From Rhina ancylostomus (Eukaryota), in assembly GCA_030265395.1 (NCBI GenBank), contig JARFYF010000112.1, positions 22,854,633 through 22,918,632 on the forward strand: 64,000 bases of DNA, in the 5' to 3' direction. Below are positions 49,286-63,750 of the stretch, piece after piece. Under the pieces are notes generated by a model. The model had not been told where the DNA came from and ran no database searches. It worked only from the letters and a program-made list of their open reading frames with translations. Each line of letters starts with the position of its first letter. Position 1 is the stretch's first letter. The position numbers were made by a program, and so were the translations under genes.

Positions 49286-52200
49286 GGTATGTTGTGTGTA
49301 CAATTACTGCATTATGTTAAATAAAAATGCATCAGGAAACAGATAATTGTTCTTAAAATAATCATTTTTTGATCAAGATATCATTTTAGAACCCTCTACA
49401 GTACTTAGCATCAAATCAGATTTTCTGTTTGGTTTCATATTTGCTGTGGTGAGTGTGAGCAATGATTTCTTCCACTTGCTATGCTACTTTATTTGGTTAA
49501 TTGCTGTAAAGAGGTCAAAAGCTCAAAGACAGAGCAACATGCACGCAGATCAGATGTGAGAGCAAGCGCACTGTTTAAGCATTCATATTTTCAACTGTAA
49601 TGACAACTGTTTGTGGGTCTAACAAGGTTACAATTCAAAATGTGAGTTTGTGTTTATTGTGAACTAATTGACTGCAGAATAATCAGTCTGGCCATATAGT
49701 TAAGCAGTTTCAAAATAAATGTGTTATATCAAATTAATAAAAATAATTCCAGCAATATTTCCTGGTTACCTTCTCTTGTGTTTACCACTGCAGATTACGT
49801 CTGCTTCTTTTCAGAAAATAGAATTATTTTAAATGCTCAAAAATAATTGCATTAGAAACTAATTGGATAACTATTTTTAACCAATGGATAAGCAGTATTA
49901 CAGCTTCCTTTATGGTGCATTATTGAAATATGTCCATGTTTCTTGTTGATTTCCATGTTTGTTACTTCATGCTTTTATTTTATTTATAACTCTCACTTAA
50001 ATTCCTTCTTAAGCCAGACATTACAGCAATATCTAGTAGGATAATTAGGAAATGTATGCTCTGTGCAATAATGTCCTGTGTTAGTTCACAATCATGGAAG
50101 CATCCCAAACTATTATCTGGTTTTGCAGACTTTGGCCTAAGTGTATCATACTTGAAGAAGAATTAAATTGGCTCAATTCATTTGTTTTCTTTTCTATTTC
50201 TCTTTGTTGCCATCACTTCTTTTTGTTTAACTTATGAACACTGACGTCATCATTTAGATAATAGGTTTGAAAGAATTACAGAACCTTGCGACTCAGTTAT
50301 GAAGGGCCAATTTACTCTAGAAGATCCATGTTAATTAAGTTCCTCCACATTGCTGGGCACCATGTTCTGTTGGTAACGTTATCAGATTCTCTTGACAGAC
50401 AAAGATGCTCTGCCCCTCCCTAAATAGTCGACAACAATCTACAGAAAATAAGATTTTTTTTGCCTTGTTGCAAGGAAATCTGACAATGAAATTCTATTTC
50501 AGACTTAGTTAATTTAATTGGTACTTTCATCAGCTAATTTATTTTTATAATGTTTGAAACCCCTTAAAAGTAGAAAATAATCAAAATCTTTCAAAGATTC
50601 CACAAAACCTGCTCTTTAATTGAAACAAATAAACAACATTAGAGAATCCCTGACTTTGTTTAATGTTCAAAAGGAAATGATGAAAACCATTAGATAAGTT
50701 AGCTGATTATCTTACAAAATTATTTGCAAATGCACAGTTATAACTGAATTTCTTATTTCAAATTGTTTATGTTACTTTGTGAACATTAAAAATTACAATG
50801 CAAAATCTTCACCTGAACAAAGTTCTGGCTGATCAAATGACATAGCTGGTCTTTTTAATTCCACCAATTATTTCTGACAAATAATTTTTCAATAAGTTAA
50901 TAATTCATTTGTGATTTGAACACATTTAAGTCAATAAGCTCAAAAGATAGGTTACCAATTTTGATAGATTCCTATTTCAAAATGCAAATGCTATATGTTA
51001 CTGTACAGTACATGAGAATACTACCAATTAAGAATACTAAAAATATTAACTGAATCCAACTGTGCATTTAGTCAAGATGTTATTTTCTTACCTCAGAAAA
51101 TATAATTAAAGTCCATTTGGCAAAGTATAATATGATTTTTAAACATTTATTAAAGAGCTTAAAGATTATGTTGATTAAGATAATAATTATTTCAAATGGT
51201 ACTGGTCAAATGGATTGTACATGAAGATATGGGAATACTCTCTAAGGAGGATGATTGGTGGTTTAGCCTTTGAGGAAACAGTGCTACAATCCATACATTA
51301 TACATCTTAAGACCTACAAGGGAAAACATTTCTAGGCATATAAAGGATGGCTTAAATTGTGTCATGCAGTTTTACATGGCTTTTGCTGCACACCAATTAG
51401 AGTATTTATCAAAGAGCAGACATCACTGATCTTGGCAGCAGAAAAAACAAATTCCAGTAAGTCCTAAAGAAGGAAAATTGTCATTAACTGCAACTGAAGG
51501 ATACAAATAATAAATTATTCACTATTCCTGAGGGAAGTTGTTGCTGAAAAATGCCTGGACCCAATCAAAGCTAGGAACACGACTGACATGAAATATATCG
51601 ACAAAGATAATTCAATCATTAATATTCTTGTTCTGACTGTTGACAAAGAAAGGTTTTCCCTCATTTCCTATTATAGAATTAAGAATATTTTCCCTCATGC
51701 TGTATTATGCAAATTGATCTTTTGCATTTTCCAATTAAACATACTCAAAATTACAGAAAGGAAAAATGTAAAATTTTCATCATGACTAATTCCAATTTCT
51801 TATCATTATTATTTACTGCCAAATGAAAGACACAGCAGGACAAAATCTGGGGAATTCAGTATTTTATGTAATTGGAAATTAGCATATTGAAAAAGAAATT
51901 AAGTTTCTTTATTTGCAACATGCAGTCATAACTTTTTCCCTCGTGTATATTCTCAATTCTTTCCCCAAAGACAAGTTTGATATTAAGATTACAAAACAGC
52001 AACAATATTTTCATATTTAATATTTAGTCAAATTAAATGGGTGAAAACAAGTTTAATTAGAAACCTTGGGATAACCTGCACAAAACAAAATTGAGGTTGT
52101 TTTAAAAAAATATATATGTGGAGGGGTGGGGGAGTGGGCAAGAGAGTACATGTGTGTATTTGTGTGTCTTTATGTGTAATAAACTATAGCTCAAAATTTA

Positions 52201-55200
52201 ACTGACCCTGTGACATACGTTTTCCATCACATAATGATGTTTATTTTAAATAATCTCACTTTGCTTCTTGGAGGAAATAAGTACGCTAGGAAATAAGGAA
52301 TCATTGCAAGTGGAAGAATCAAAGTGAGAAGTGATGTACTTTGATTTTTACAGACATATTAATCTGCATCTTTATTGGTAGCATAATCATGGAGTAGTTT
52401 CTGTTTATTATTCCAATTTACCTCAATTTAATGCTAAATATATCAGGAATTTTGGTTCATCCAACAGATTTTTAAAGTTGTTCAAACCATACAAAATTTT
52501 GAATTTATACATTTTTAACATTGATTTGGCAATGTAAGTCTTTGTATCCTTTAAATCCAGAGAACAGACTAATGTTTTTTTTCTCCAGTGATATTAGACT
52601 TCAGTCTCTTACTTCAGAATTCTAACATACTGAAGGCAAAGGATTTTTTTTTAGTACATTAAACATTCTGATTTATTTATTTATTTAGCACACTAACACA
52701 CACATCTTAAATTCTTCAGGACATCTCTTGGCATTAGGGATGTCATATAAATGCAAGTTTTTTTGTTGCTTATGTGGTAGTGATCAATTAGTTTGGAACA
52801 TTATGAAAATGAATTTTATTAAGGATCAGGAATAAAATTATTCATCCAGAAAGACTGATTTCATTTGGTGCTTAATTTATTAAAAGTATTTTAATATATT
52901 TGATAAAAATGGGATCCCAAGAAAGGGACAATAAGCATTCAGAAGCACTGTGTGCTCTTTCATTTTCAACTTGCAAATCACATCAGAATTTTTTTTAAAT
53001 TACACTTTATTTTGTTTTAATAACATTTGTCTTAACTATTTGATGCCTTGATTATGTTTAAAGAAAGCAATCTTCTGTATTTTTTGCATTATATACAAGA
53101 AATCTGTCCAGGATAATTGTGAAGATCACACAGGGAAGAGAATTAATTTCTGCATTTAAAATTTTCTAGGCAACATTTTAAAAAAATGATATACGGAGGA
53201 TTTTAAAGGCTTTGAAAAAGAGCTGGATTTCCTTATAATGAAAGAGGAAAAATCCTGTCTAATTCACTCCCCACATGCAGTGCTATTCTTCTAATGTGCA
53301 TGGAGTAAATTATATCTGGTTATTTGCCACAAAAAAAATTAACATTCTCGTAAAGACATCACAAGCCAGTACACAAATTGCAAATAGGGGAGGGTCAGGA
53401 GCAAGTCAATTTTGTCTAGAGATAAAAGAACTGTCGTGTATATGATTGCCTGTGAAAAGAAAGAGGGCATCTATGCCTTGTTATCATCAGTTAATTAGTC
53501 AGGCATGCATATACTTGAACATTTACCATGGTAATAAAATGTATTATTCTGATGCAAGACAAACAAAGATGACTACAATCGTATAAGTTAAAAATACAAT
53601 TTGCCAAACAAAGGGGCTGAATTGACCTGAAAATAAAACTTGATGACAATGTGCATTGTGCTATATTACAAAACAACTATCACCTTTCACTCTAAATAAA
53701 ATGTTCTCCTAATGCAAATACTGTAGGCTCACAGTTGCGGACTGCTCCAAATTCAATTCACAATCCAAGTCGACGACCTTTAGCGAATGTAGATGACAGA
53801 AGCAATTCACTAGGCAGTAACACCCATGTTATGATCTCCAATATAAATTCTTCAGTTAGTGAGACTTGTACACATGACCTGGGAGCACACACATTTACAG
53901 CATAAAAGGGAGCCCAGGATAACCTGCGCTGCTGCTTTGCAATAATCGTGAATAAAAATAAAATTAATAACAGATTTGAAAATGATGTACTGATACAGTG
54001 TGATGTCTTGGATGCTATCACTATTCTGAAGCAATTTTAAGGGAGAAGAGCACTCCCAATCTCATTGTTCCAACAAAACAGCAGTGCTCACTCTTCTCTC
54101 TTTAAGATATATTCTGACAATATCTGGCATTAAATTCAATAACAAAATTAGGATAACATCAGATGTCAAGTAAATCGATAGAAAATCAATTATATTGTCA
54201 AAAGTAAGATGTATTACTTGCAATTTTCCATTTGATGCTTAAATTGAAACTGATACAGGATTTGTGGTCAGCAGGTTTAGTTAAGGTTACATTCTGATTT
54301 TAACAACAAATGCAAATTGCTTTTAACTCCATTGGAATGGAAGATATTAATATATTAAAATTAGTAGACAAATGGAACTAAATATATTGAAATCTCTTTC
54401 CTCTGGCTTTTATTTCATGAAAATTACAAAATAAAATGTTGAAGAGATCTGTAACTAGGGATATTGCAGGCTGTAAACTGGGGTTACTGATACGTCCACT
54501 TATCAATGAATCAGCCAGAATTCCTCTCTTCAAGTAATGGTGCAATATATCGATATGCTCATGTTCTTAGTTTTTCCACTGGAATAAATTGTTTAATTTA
54601 TTAGATGCTAACCTCCAGGTGAGACTTATGAATGGTGCTAATGGGCCATTATTGTATAGACGAAACATTAAGAAACATTGAAAGGCATCCATCTTGCAGA
54701 CCTCCAAGAAGCAAACTTACAAAAAGTGTTCCAAGCTACTTCAACAGGACACAAGCATTTTAAAGGACAGTGGAAATGTGCAATGAACTAAATTACCTGA
54801 ATTTTAAAAGTATTCTAAATCCCACTTGCATTGCATTTTCTCTATTTGACAGAAAATACTCTAAGTCAGTTTATTATTCTTTTTTATAAACATGATGAAA
54901 ATCTCTAATTAGGAGTATTGTCCTAAAATAGAGAATATATTGTATTATTCTGTTGAATGCTATTGCAGTGTTGCATTCTTTCTTCCAACAGGTGATGAAT
55001 GAATTGACAACTAGTATGCATGTTAAAAAAACATTATTCTGAATATCTGTAAAGAGGATCCAATGTACAGATGTTTCAACATTAAAGGCAGTTTGTTGTA
55101 TTATTGTTACTAATAATTTAAATTTTGGATTAATGGTGCTTGCTTTTGTTGTCATTATGAATTTTTTGGGTCACTTTACTGTCCTGTTTTTTGGTCTACC

Positions 55201-57429
55201 ATGAATAACTTTTTAACAGGGTCTTCAATGATATTCTACAGGAGTTAGGTTTACAGTACTTTTGCCAAGTAACACACACAGTCCAAATCAACAACACTAT
55301 TCAGGAAAACTATAATTTGCTGGTGAAATCATCAGCTAATAACACATTACTCTGTCTGCCTTCTCCATGGTTACAAAGTTCAAGTGATTTAAAATAATGC
55401 AGGATAGCAATTGTGTGGTAGGTTCAATGACTATCTCACATTCTTCACAGAATTTGATATGCTGCTCCATATAAAATAATGGATTTATTTTATGAGAGTG
55501 TCAGGGTGGGTGGTATGGTGGATGCGAATACTGGTAAGAGTGGGTTTTAAGCTTCAATCAGAAGCCACGAATCTACAAATATTTTGAGTTTACATCGTGG
55601 AGTTCTTTGTGAGATAGTAAACAGATATTTACATTTCCTTCCCTTCATAATTTGTCTTTGCAATGATTGAGTATTCTGGACTTCTCCAGCAGTTACGGAT
55701 AGTCCTTAATATCTTCTGGCCTTTCCAGTCCATTTTGCCTGACGAGTGCAACAACCAAATGTATTGCAATGCCCAGCTGAGGTGCAACAGTTATGTAACA
55801 TCCAAAATTAGTCTCCAGTGAGTTTTTCAACTACATTGGTTTAAACAACAACTGGTGTTGCTTACTCAAATTACAGCCACCTTTAACTAATGCCAAAGAC
55901 TCCAAAACAGCATTAGTAAAGGGCCAAACATTGTTCCCCTGCATTTATAGACAAAGTGCTTCACCACTTTCTACAAAATAAAAGTGATCCAAACTGAGAT
56001 TCTGGTCTCTGTACTACTAGATGGTTTCAATACATTCAAATTCAAAATGTATAGCTAGATATGTCAGAAAAGATTCAGCAAATAAGAGAAGTGGTTCCTT
56101 TTTCCATGTAGGCTTCACAAGGAGCTACCCACTTAACATCTCTGCCTGCAGGAACAATGTCAATACAAGCTATTCATCCAAAGATAGCCTTCACTCACAT
56201 CTGTGACCCCGGGACACCTCAAATACAAGTGCTCACATGCACTGCTCTCAAAGTCAATGTCCCTCTCATTCACAGAAACGTAGCTTCAGGACCCTTCCAT
56301 GCTAGCTCTGCTGATATGTGCAACACGTGACAGTTCCCACTCACTGCTGAAGTCAGGAAAAAAGCTCAACCGTCATTGTGGGGAGCCTTTCATTTTTGGT
56401 TCATGAAACTTCAGCATTCTGAGCTGGCAAGAATATTTGACCACACTGCAAGCATTCAGGGAGGGCACTCTTGCACCGTCTTGCAAGATGTCCTTGTACA
56501 AGGTGTCTGCCTCCAGGGCAAAGTGTTCCTTGGCAGCCTGTGCTGTTTCCTCTGCCTTCCTGTGAGGACAGTGCCACTACCTCCCCCAACCACAACCGCA
56601 TCACTTTGAGTATGCAAGTGGTCCTCGATGATACTCCAGCATCTGGATGACATGTATTGTGTTGTAAGCCTCTTAGGCATACTCCTAACCATCAAAACTT
56701 TCCTGGAACAGAATAATATTGCATGACAGAGCCTAATAACACTGTTTTTTGATAGACAGTAGCAATGTTTTAGAGCATGTTACAACAGCATCAGCAGGTT
56801 TGGCAACACTATTTAAACCCTGGAAAATCAAGGCAGATGAATCTCGATTGCAATGTCAACACTGCAACACTAATTTGCTAACGTACTNNNNNNNNNNNNN
56901 NNNNNNNNNNNNNNNNNNNNNNNNNNNNNNNNNNNNNNNNNNNNNNNNNNNNNNNNNNNNNNNNNNNNNNNNNNNNNNNNNNNNNNNTGTTAAAACCATC
57001 AGCAGTGGTGTACTGGCAGCTAAGGTTTAGGTTGGATGCAAATTTTGGAAGCATTAGTAGGGAGGTCGCCAAAAGAGTCACTTAGAGGGTAACAAAGATT
57101 GTTGAGTAAATGAGTATGAAAAACAAGAATAAAATTACAATGATGAGAAGACTCCAGATTGATCAATCTCATGTTAACAATGCTGACTGGATTTGTTATG
57201 TTCAATAGATGGTAGGGAATGCACTCACTGTGGAGTGGCTATCCAGAAGTTGAGATCAAATAATTGTATCCAGGACACATCAGGTAAGTGATGGATGGGT
57301 AACTTCTCTGTTTGTCAATATTTTATACTAGGGTTTTACTGAAGTAAACAAATGCACTGTCAAAGGTAATTGAGGAGTCAGGAAAAGCAGATTTGGCTTA
57401 AATTCACCAACTGGACTTTGCAGGAGTGG

Positions 57430-57650
57430 ACTTTAGAAACACTACTTGAAGCAGAAGGTGGTAGAAATTTGGAATTGTCTTCTGCAATGATGCTACCTTG
57501 ATTCTTGGCTTTAAAACTGATATGGATACACTTTTGTTAACTGAAGGTATTGTGGCAGAAGAGGGTCGACTGAGTTGGATCAGAGATCAGCCATGATGTT
57601 ATTGAATGGAGTGCAAACTCAGGGGCTAAGCAGCCTCTGTTCCTATATTC
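57430..57650 (+). mobile_element. Old CR1 3' end
   Basis: GAAGGTGGTAGAAATTTGGAATTGTCTTC...AGATCAGCCATGATGTTATTGAATGG...GGGGCTAAGCAGCCTCTGTTCCTAT. Confidence 0.65.
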
Positions 57651-57859
57651 ATACTTGCTTAGAGCTAACTTGCTAGTTCATAAAATGGGAAATTTGGAGA
57701 GGCATGGTCTGTAGCAACAGGTTATAAAGAAAGCATCAAATGATGATCAGAGCAATAGAGAAACAAATTGAAGTACAGGAAATGTGAAAAGCATGTTAAG
57801 CAGCAAATAGTTAAACATGGTGGAGACTTAAAATTCCCAAAACAATAAAAAAAGTCATT

Positions 57860-58176
57860 AGGATGGCATAGTCAAACTGCTGCTTCACAACTCCAGCAAT
57901 CCCAGTTCAATCCTGACCGTGGGTGTTGTCTGTGTGGAGTTTGCATGTTCTCCCTGAAACCCTGTGGGCTTCCTGCAGGTGCTCTGAAAATGTGCATCCC
58001 AAAGATGTGCAGGTTGTTAGGTTAATTGTCTGTTGCAAACTGCCCCTGGAATGTAATTGAGTGGTAAAATCTAGGGAGAAAGTGAGGAGAGTAAAATGGG
58101 CTAAGGTTGGATTAGGGTAAAAATGGGTGCCAATGGTCGGCTTGGACTGTGCTATGCCTTTCTATGACTCTATGAC
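57860..58176 (+). mobile_element. HE1/V-SINE
   Basis: CTGCTGCTTCACAACTCCAGCAATCCCAGTTCAATCCTGACC (B-box), V-domain GTCTGTGTGGAGTTTGCATGTTCTCCC and tail TCTATGACTCTATGAC. Confidence 0.8.
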
Positions 58177-59029
58177 ATTGCCAAACATGCTCTCAACAAA
58201 CAGAAAACAGCACAATATTGTAACTATCTTCTAATTCATACAGGCCATGTTTTGAGGAAACAGTGGGGACACCACTGACTGATACTGCAATTCCATTTAC
58301 GTTCAAAGTCTTTCATGTGATCCTCACATAAGTACATTAATGAAGCTTCTGCCCACTGTCCACTTGTATTTAGGTTCACCCAGAAATGAAATGTTCATCA
58401 GGTTACTGTTCCATTTAATAAATAGGTTAGGAGTTGACATAATGCATCCCCATATTCAATAAACATAATTTGCAAAGTGGATTAATTGTTACTTAAATTC
58501 TATCAATAATATTTCAACTGAATTGTGGAATTGTTATCAGTGGGCCTGGAACACTGAAGTATTTCATCTGGTACAGAACCAAACCAGTCCAGTTAAATTA
58601 AAGAAAGCTTTTTATTCTCTGAAGCAAATTTGGAAAGAGATTTCACTTTTGAAAGCTTTACACCACAGCACAGATCTACTCTCAAGGCAATACAAGATAA
58701 CAGTCATTCTCTTACAGACCATTGGGATGACTGGTTGAGAAATGAAAGGTGAACATATCTTACTTCCTAACAAATAAATGGAAGCCACACAATAGGGTAT
58801 ACTCCAGCTTTAGCACCCTGTTTTTAAGCTATATGAATAAATTGCCTCCCAGTGCAGATCTCAGTTAGATGACATTTCAATGAAATCAGTGGAACAAACA
58901 TCAAGACTTAAGTTGTGAATTTGTGCAAATAAGACACAGAAAGCGAATAAAATGAAAATGGAAGGGTAAGAAATAGAAATTGTTAGATTGGACATTCCTG
59001 CAGAATGTTTAGATTTCTTTTTAGCCACT

Positions 59030-59452
59030 GCCTTTGGCTGAGGATGACAGGCTTCCATTCCAAATCTATAGATTCTGAAGTAGCTAAAGATGCAGGATCC
59101 ATAGACTCTGTCACAGGTGGATCAGGTGGTGCCTCGAAGGACAGATGAGTGGGTCATTTGCATTTTGTCTGCTGCTTGTTCACAGACTCTGTGTTTAGCC
59201 ATTACAGGCATTCAAGGCGCTCAGTCCCTTCCTGCTTGATTTTACGTGCTCACAGGCCATGGGTTCTCTTAGGTTAGTAAGGATGTTATCATTTTTGAAG
59301 GAAGTTGGAGGACATCCAACTGCACTCTCCTGGTAATCTCTTCTCTTCGCAAAGTCAGACGTGCCATCAATGTGGCTTGCCCATCAGAGCTGGCTGAGTG
59401 TGACTAGAACCTCAGTGCTGAGGATATTGACTTGGGGGAGGACACTGACATA
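59030..59452 (-). mobile_element. RTE-clade LINE 3' remnant
   Basis: Minus translation VSVLPQVNILSTEVLVTLSQL*WASHI resembles the RTE motif NxSVLxQANIPSIEAL...QLRWAGH. Confidence 0.6.
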
Positions 59453-62400
59453 TGTCCTGTGGTGACAGCTTTGGAGGTATCTCTCCATTGCTGTAGGCTG
59501 TTTATGACTGAAGCATAATAGGGAAGTATTTCTTCAATATCTGATTTTTGATGGTCCAAAGCCAAATTTATTGTAGCAAGTTGTTCAGGGAGGCAAGAAA
59601 ACAGTATCACACTTAAAATCATCCATACTTAAACCAGCAATAGAATGTCAAACGTAGTCAAAGATATGCTCATCATGGATCAACAGCCATTTTACAGAGA
59701 ACTCAATACTCTGTTCCCACGGCAAGGTCACAGGGATATTGGAACATGGTTCTACAATAACTCCAGTCACCACATTTAAAACTTTCCCATCTCCCTGCAT
59801 TAAAATGGTGACACAACATAAGCAGTGGGAACACAATAACATTCCTGGGACCAATTGTTGATTTCTGAAAGATCAACAGGGTTGAACTACATGTACATTT
59901 TCCCTTGCTGTATCACTGCTAATCACACGTATTATATGGGAAGAGATCTCTGCAGGGAAGCACTCACCCTCACCACACAAAAAAAACTATCTTATTTTTC
60001 AGCTATTATATTGTAACCATGACTCTTGGAAGAAATCATCATCCTACTGGCATAAAAATGTGTTTCGTCACAAACATCTTGCATCCTACCGTGAGTAGTG
60101 CAATTGTACTCTAGAAGGTTGGAAATCCACCCTGTTATTTTATGATGAGTTACTTGGTGCTTCTATTTCCTCAGAATTATCCTATTTTCTCTTGTAACCT
60201 GTCCCTCCCTGCACTGAAGAAAAGGAAGCATTATCAAAAACTACCTTCGATGAACTCTGACATCCGATACGTGTGAAATGTATGAGAGTCTACTCACTCG
60301 CCCGATGGTAGAAAACAAAGTTGCTTTTCCAGCTTTGGCTCTGCTCTTACGAGATGTAGAATGATTGAAGCTGCATTTAAATGGGCACCCTCATGTTTCT
60401 ATTCAAATGAACAGGAAAGAGACTTCTAAATTGCAGTGGGTTGGTTGTGTATTGACATTATCCACACACAATAGCACATTACAGACAGTGGAATCATTGA
60501 CAGCTCTGCTGGTGGTCAAAATGTTGCTTTGCTGCAAAAAGAGTAAGTAACGAAAGGATTAATTATCTTCACTGTGCTTTTGTATTTCTTTTGACAGAAT
60601 GCAGCAATCCTCTCTAGGTTAAATGTATTTTTAAACCCCGAGTTAAATCTCGGTTATTGGTACAGATGTTTATTGTTATATTTTGATAAAATGCACAGTG
60701 AATATAATTAATTTGTTTATTAATTATCCTTCCATAACCTTGTCTTTCCTTATCTCAAGTAAGCAACTGAAGCAATTTCTGCAAATCCAAAATCCTCATC
60801 CTTGTTTCTTGACCTCATCTCTTAAATAACATAAGCCTGTAATAAAAGGTCTCTATTCTGATCAAATTAGACAAACACAAATCGATACATTTTTCTTGGC
60901 ACTAGGCAAGCTCTCGGCAAACTGTTGCGGGGAGTATAGTTATGTGCAGATAGTGTAATATGTGTTGCTCAGCAAGGAGATTTTCCTTTGCTCAGTCTGT
61001 CACTTCCCATTTCTATTAACAAACTGCTGAGTGGGAGCTCATCACTGGACAAATATTGGTGCTGTGCTGAGTAGGATAGGGTGGCTGAAGGATAAAGCAC
61101 CTAAAGGACAAGATCCAAAGTACAGTCCAGTGCAGCCCTGAGTATATAGCACAATTCTATCCACCTTCAATCCATCTGGTGATTTAAGGGGAATACACTA
61201 CCAAAGATGACTACATGGTGCAACCCACGAGGCTGTGTCAACACATAGTTGTAATTAACAAAGTTTGCTTGGGAAATAAGCTGAAAGTCAAATAACCACA
61301 CTGAGATGATCTCTGTAAGAGGAATACAGGGACATCGCTGTGCTGATGGCTGAGTCAACAGTTGTACAGGGCATTCATGAATTTTCAATTTTTCTCTTCC
61401 TCATATACATACTCTACATGACTTTCTTTGCTATCAAATATATTCCTGTGGCTTATCAAGATTCTTTATTCGGTAAGGGAATGCTTAACATCAAATGGAA
61501 AGGCAGACATTACTGTTGCAGAAGACTTCCNNNNNNNNNNNNNNNNNNNNNNNNNNNNNNNNNNNNNNNNNNNNNNNNNNNNNNNNNNNNNNNNNNNNNN
61601 NNNNNNNNNNNNNNNNNNNNNNNNNNNNNNCCTCTTTCTAACACATAATGTCAATGCCCAACATGCAAGACAATCTCTAAGTTAATGGAAATCAGGGATC
61701 TACCCTGTTAATTGTGAAGTCTGACACTTTTCATCCAGCCCTCCCTGCATCTGATGTGCTGAAGCATGAAGAAGCCTAAAATGGTGCCTAATAGTGTGCA
61801 ACACATTCTTGGTGATAATTTCTGTGATTTGCCATTACATATGTGTAAATAAAAGGGGATCTAAGTGATCAGGTCTCAGTTCCTGGAGTCTGGGGCTGGG
61901 GATCCACCTCAAGTAGGTCATCATTAAGTTATGTCCTTAACCATTGTGAACAGATCTCCTTCTGATATGCTCCCTGACTTCACTTGATCACGAGCCTTGC
62001 CCCAGTAGCTAATTACACCTGACCCTCGCCCCTATTCCCAGTCTGATTACTATTCCAACCACTACCCACAACCTGATCATTCATCTAACACATCTACCCC
62101 ATTGCAAGCCCACCCTTGACCCAGTAAATAATGAGCCCAATTTTCATTCATTACAACTAATCATAATCAATGCCCTTAATTTCCAACTTTGTCTCTCCTT
62201 ACCTCTCTAACTGAACTCTCCAGCTACATATACACTGCAATTGTAATTGTATAGTTACTCTGTGATGCGACAGGATAGAGTACGTGGGCTGCAATGATTT
62301 CAGAATGCCTTCTCTTGGAAAATATGGGGCAGATATGAAGCACTCAGCTTTCCATGGATCCCTGTAATCTTTAAATTTATTTAAATAGCCCAACAAAAAT

Positions 62401-63229
62401 ATATCAACAAATATTTTCCACATAAAGGTAACCATCTCTTTGAGTCATTAAAACTAAAGAGGGAGATATTCCTGTCCAGTGGGAAATTGGATCTGATTAT
62501 TTATTCCCTTTACGTGGAGAGTTTTGCTTTTATTCACTGCTTTTATTCAAAGCAACACACTTTTCCTCACTTGGGTGCCTTCAACTCAACTTCCAACCAA
62601 ACAGATTGAAATCTGAGCAAAATAATTGAACTTTTTGAAGGCGTACACAGATAGCCTTCAGAACATGTCTAGTCTGAAGACAACAGGTCTGAATGGAGAA
62701 ACAAATTCCTGTGTCTAGATGTGAGGGCAGTGAGGTAAAGGGCTATCAGAAAAGAATGTCTTAGTAGAAATGAAGACTGTTCACTCATTTCTTAAAAAAC
62801 ACACGGAGGACAACTTTGTATTGAAAATATTTCTTGCAAGTTTTTTTTAATAACTAGGGTAGGTAAGATAGAAACTCATGCTGCTGAGGCTAGCTCTATT
62901 ATAAAGATGAATACAAACATTGAGGCTAATTAATAAATTAATAAATAAAAGTTCATATTTCCTTTGACTATAACCATAAAACACAGCTTGGTCCAGACTC
63001 TAACTTATTTTTTAACAGACTTTAATCAATGTATTTCAAGAAAGGTTCAGCCCTCAGTTTTCTTGCATTAATTAGTCATGGATCATGATTTACCTATACC
63101 TGCTTACTCACTGCAGAGCTGGTAATGAAATCTCAATAATGGTGCGTTATAAGTAATCAGAGAATGACAGATCAACAGGATTAGGAACACCGAGACCTTT
63201 TGAAATCTTGATATCAATCACTTCAAATA

Positions 63230-63390
63230 CATTAACTACTGATATTTGTATGCTGCATTAAATGTAGCAAAGTGTCCTGAAGGACTTTGTGGGAGGAACA
63301 TAGAATGAGAGATAAATTAACAGATGACCAAAGAAGCAGATTTAAACTGGAATGTCCAAAAGCTCGGTTTTAAAGACTATCTTAAATAAA
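63230..63390 (-). mobile_element. L2-type 3' tail
   Basis: AACTACTGATATTTGTATGCTGCATTAAATGTAGCAAAGTGTCCTGAAGGACTTTG...CAGATGACCAAAG..GGTTTTAAAGACTATCTTAAA. Confidence 0.5.
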
Positions 63391-63584
63391 GAAAAAAAAT
63401 CAAGATGCATTGAATGGTTTCTTGTCCCCCTGTACACTTATCCCCCATCAGTTGCCATACACAGAGTACTGCCAAAGAGCAAGATAGACTGAAAGCCAAA
63501 CCTGCGATCCCATTTAATGAGTATCTGTAGAATTCACCCTTGCTCAACTCAATGCCTGCCAACCCTGCTGGTCAAATCTTTGAG

Positions 63585-63750
63585 TCAAACAGAGATAGGA
63601 TTCCAACCAACCTGCGGGTCTTGTGACTGGGCCTTTGCACTCACACCTTATATTGAGGCAGCGATGCAGACAAAGCTGTAGACCAGTTTTGGGGTACCAT
63701 CAACATATGCCACAGTCTGAGTTAGAGGCCTGATCTTGAAGTTCACATGG
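63585..63750 (+). mobile_element. Vingi/Ingi-like LINE RT remnant
   Basis: ALTPYIEAAMQTKL*TSFGVPSTYATV*VRGLILKF resembles the recalled ALTTxIEAGFQxKLKT..VFVDLSAAYDTVW..GLxLKL region. Preceded by GFQP (cf. GFRP). Confidence 0.45.
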
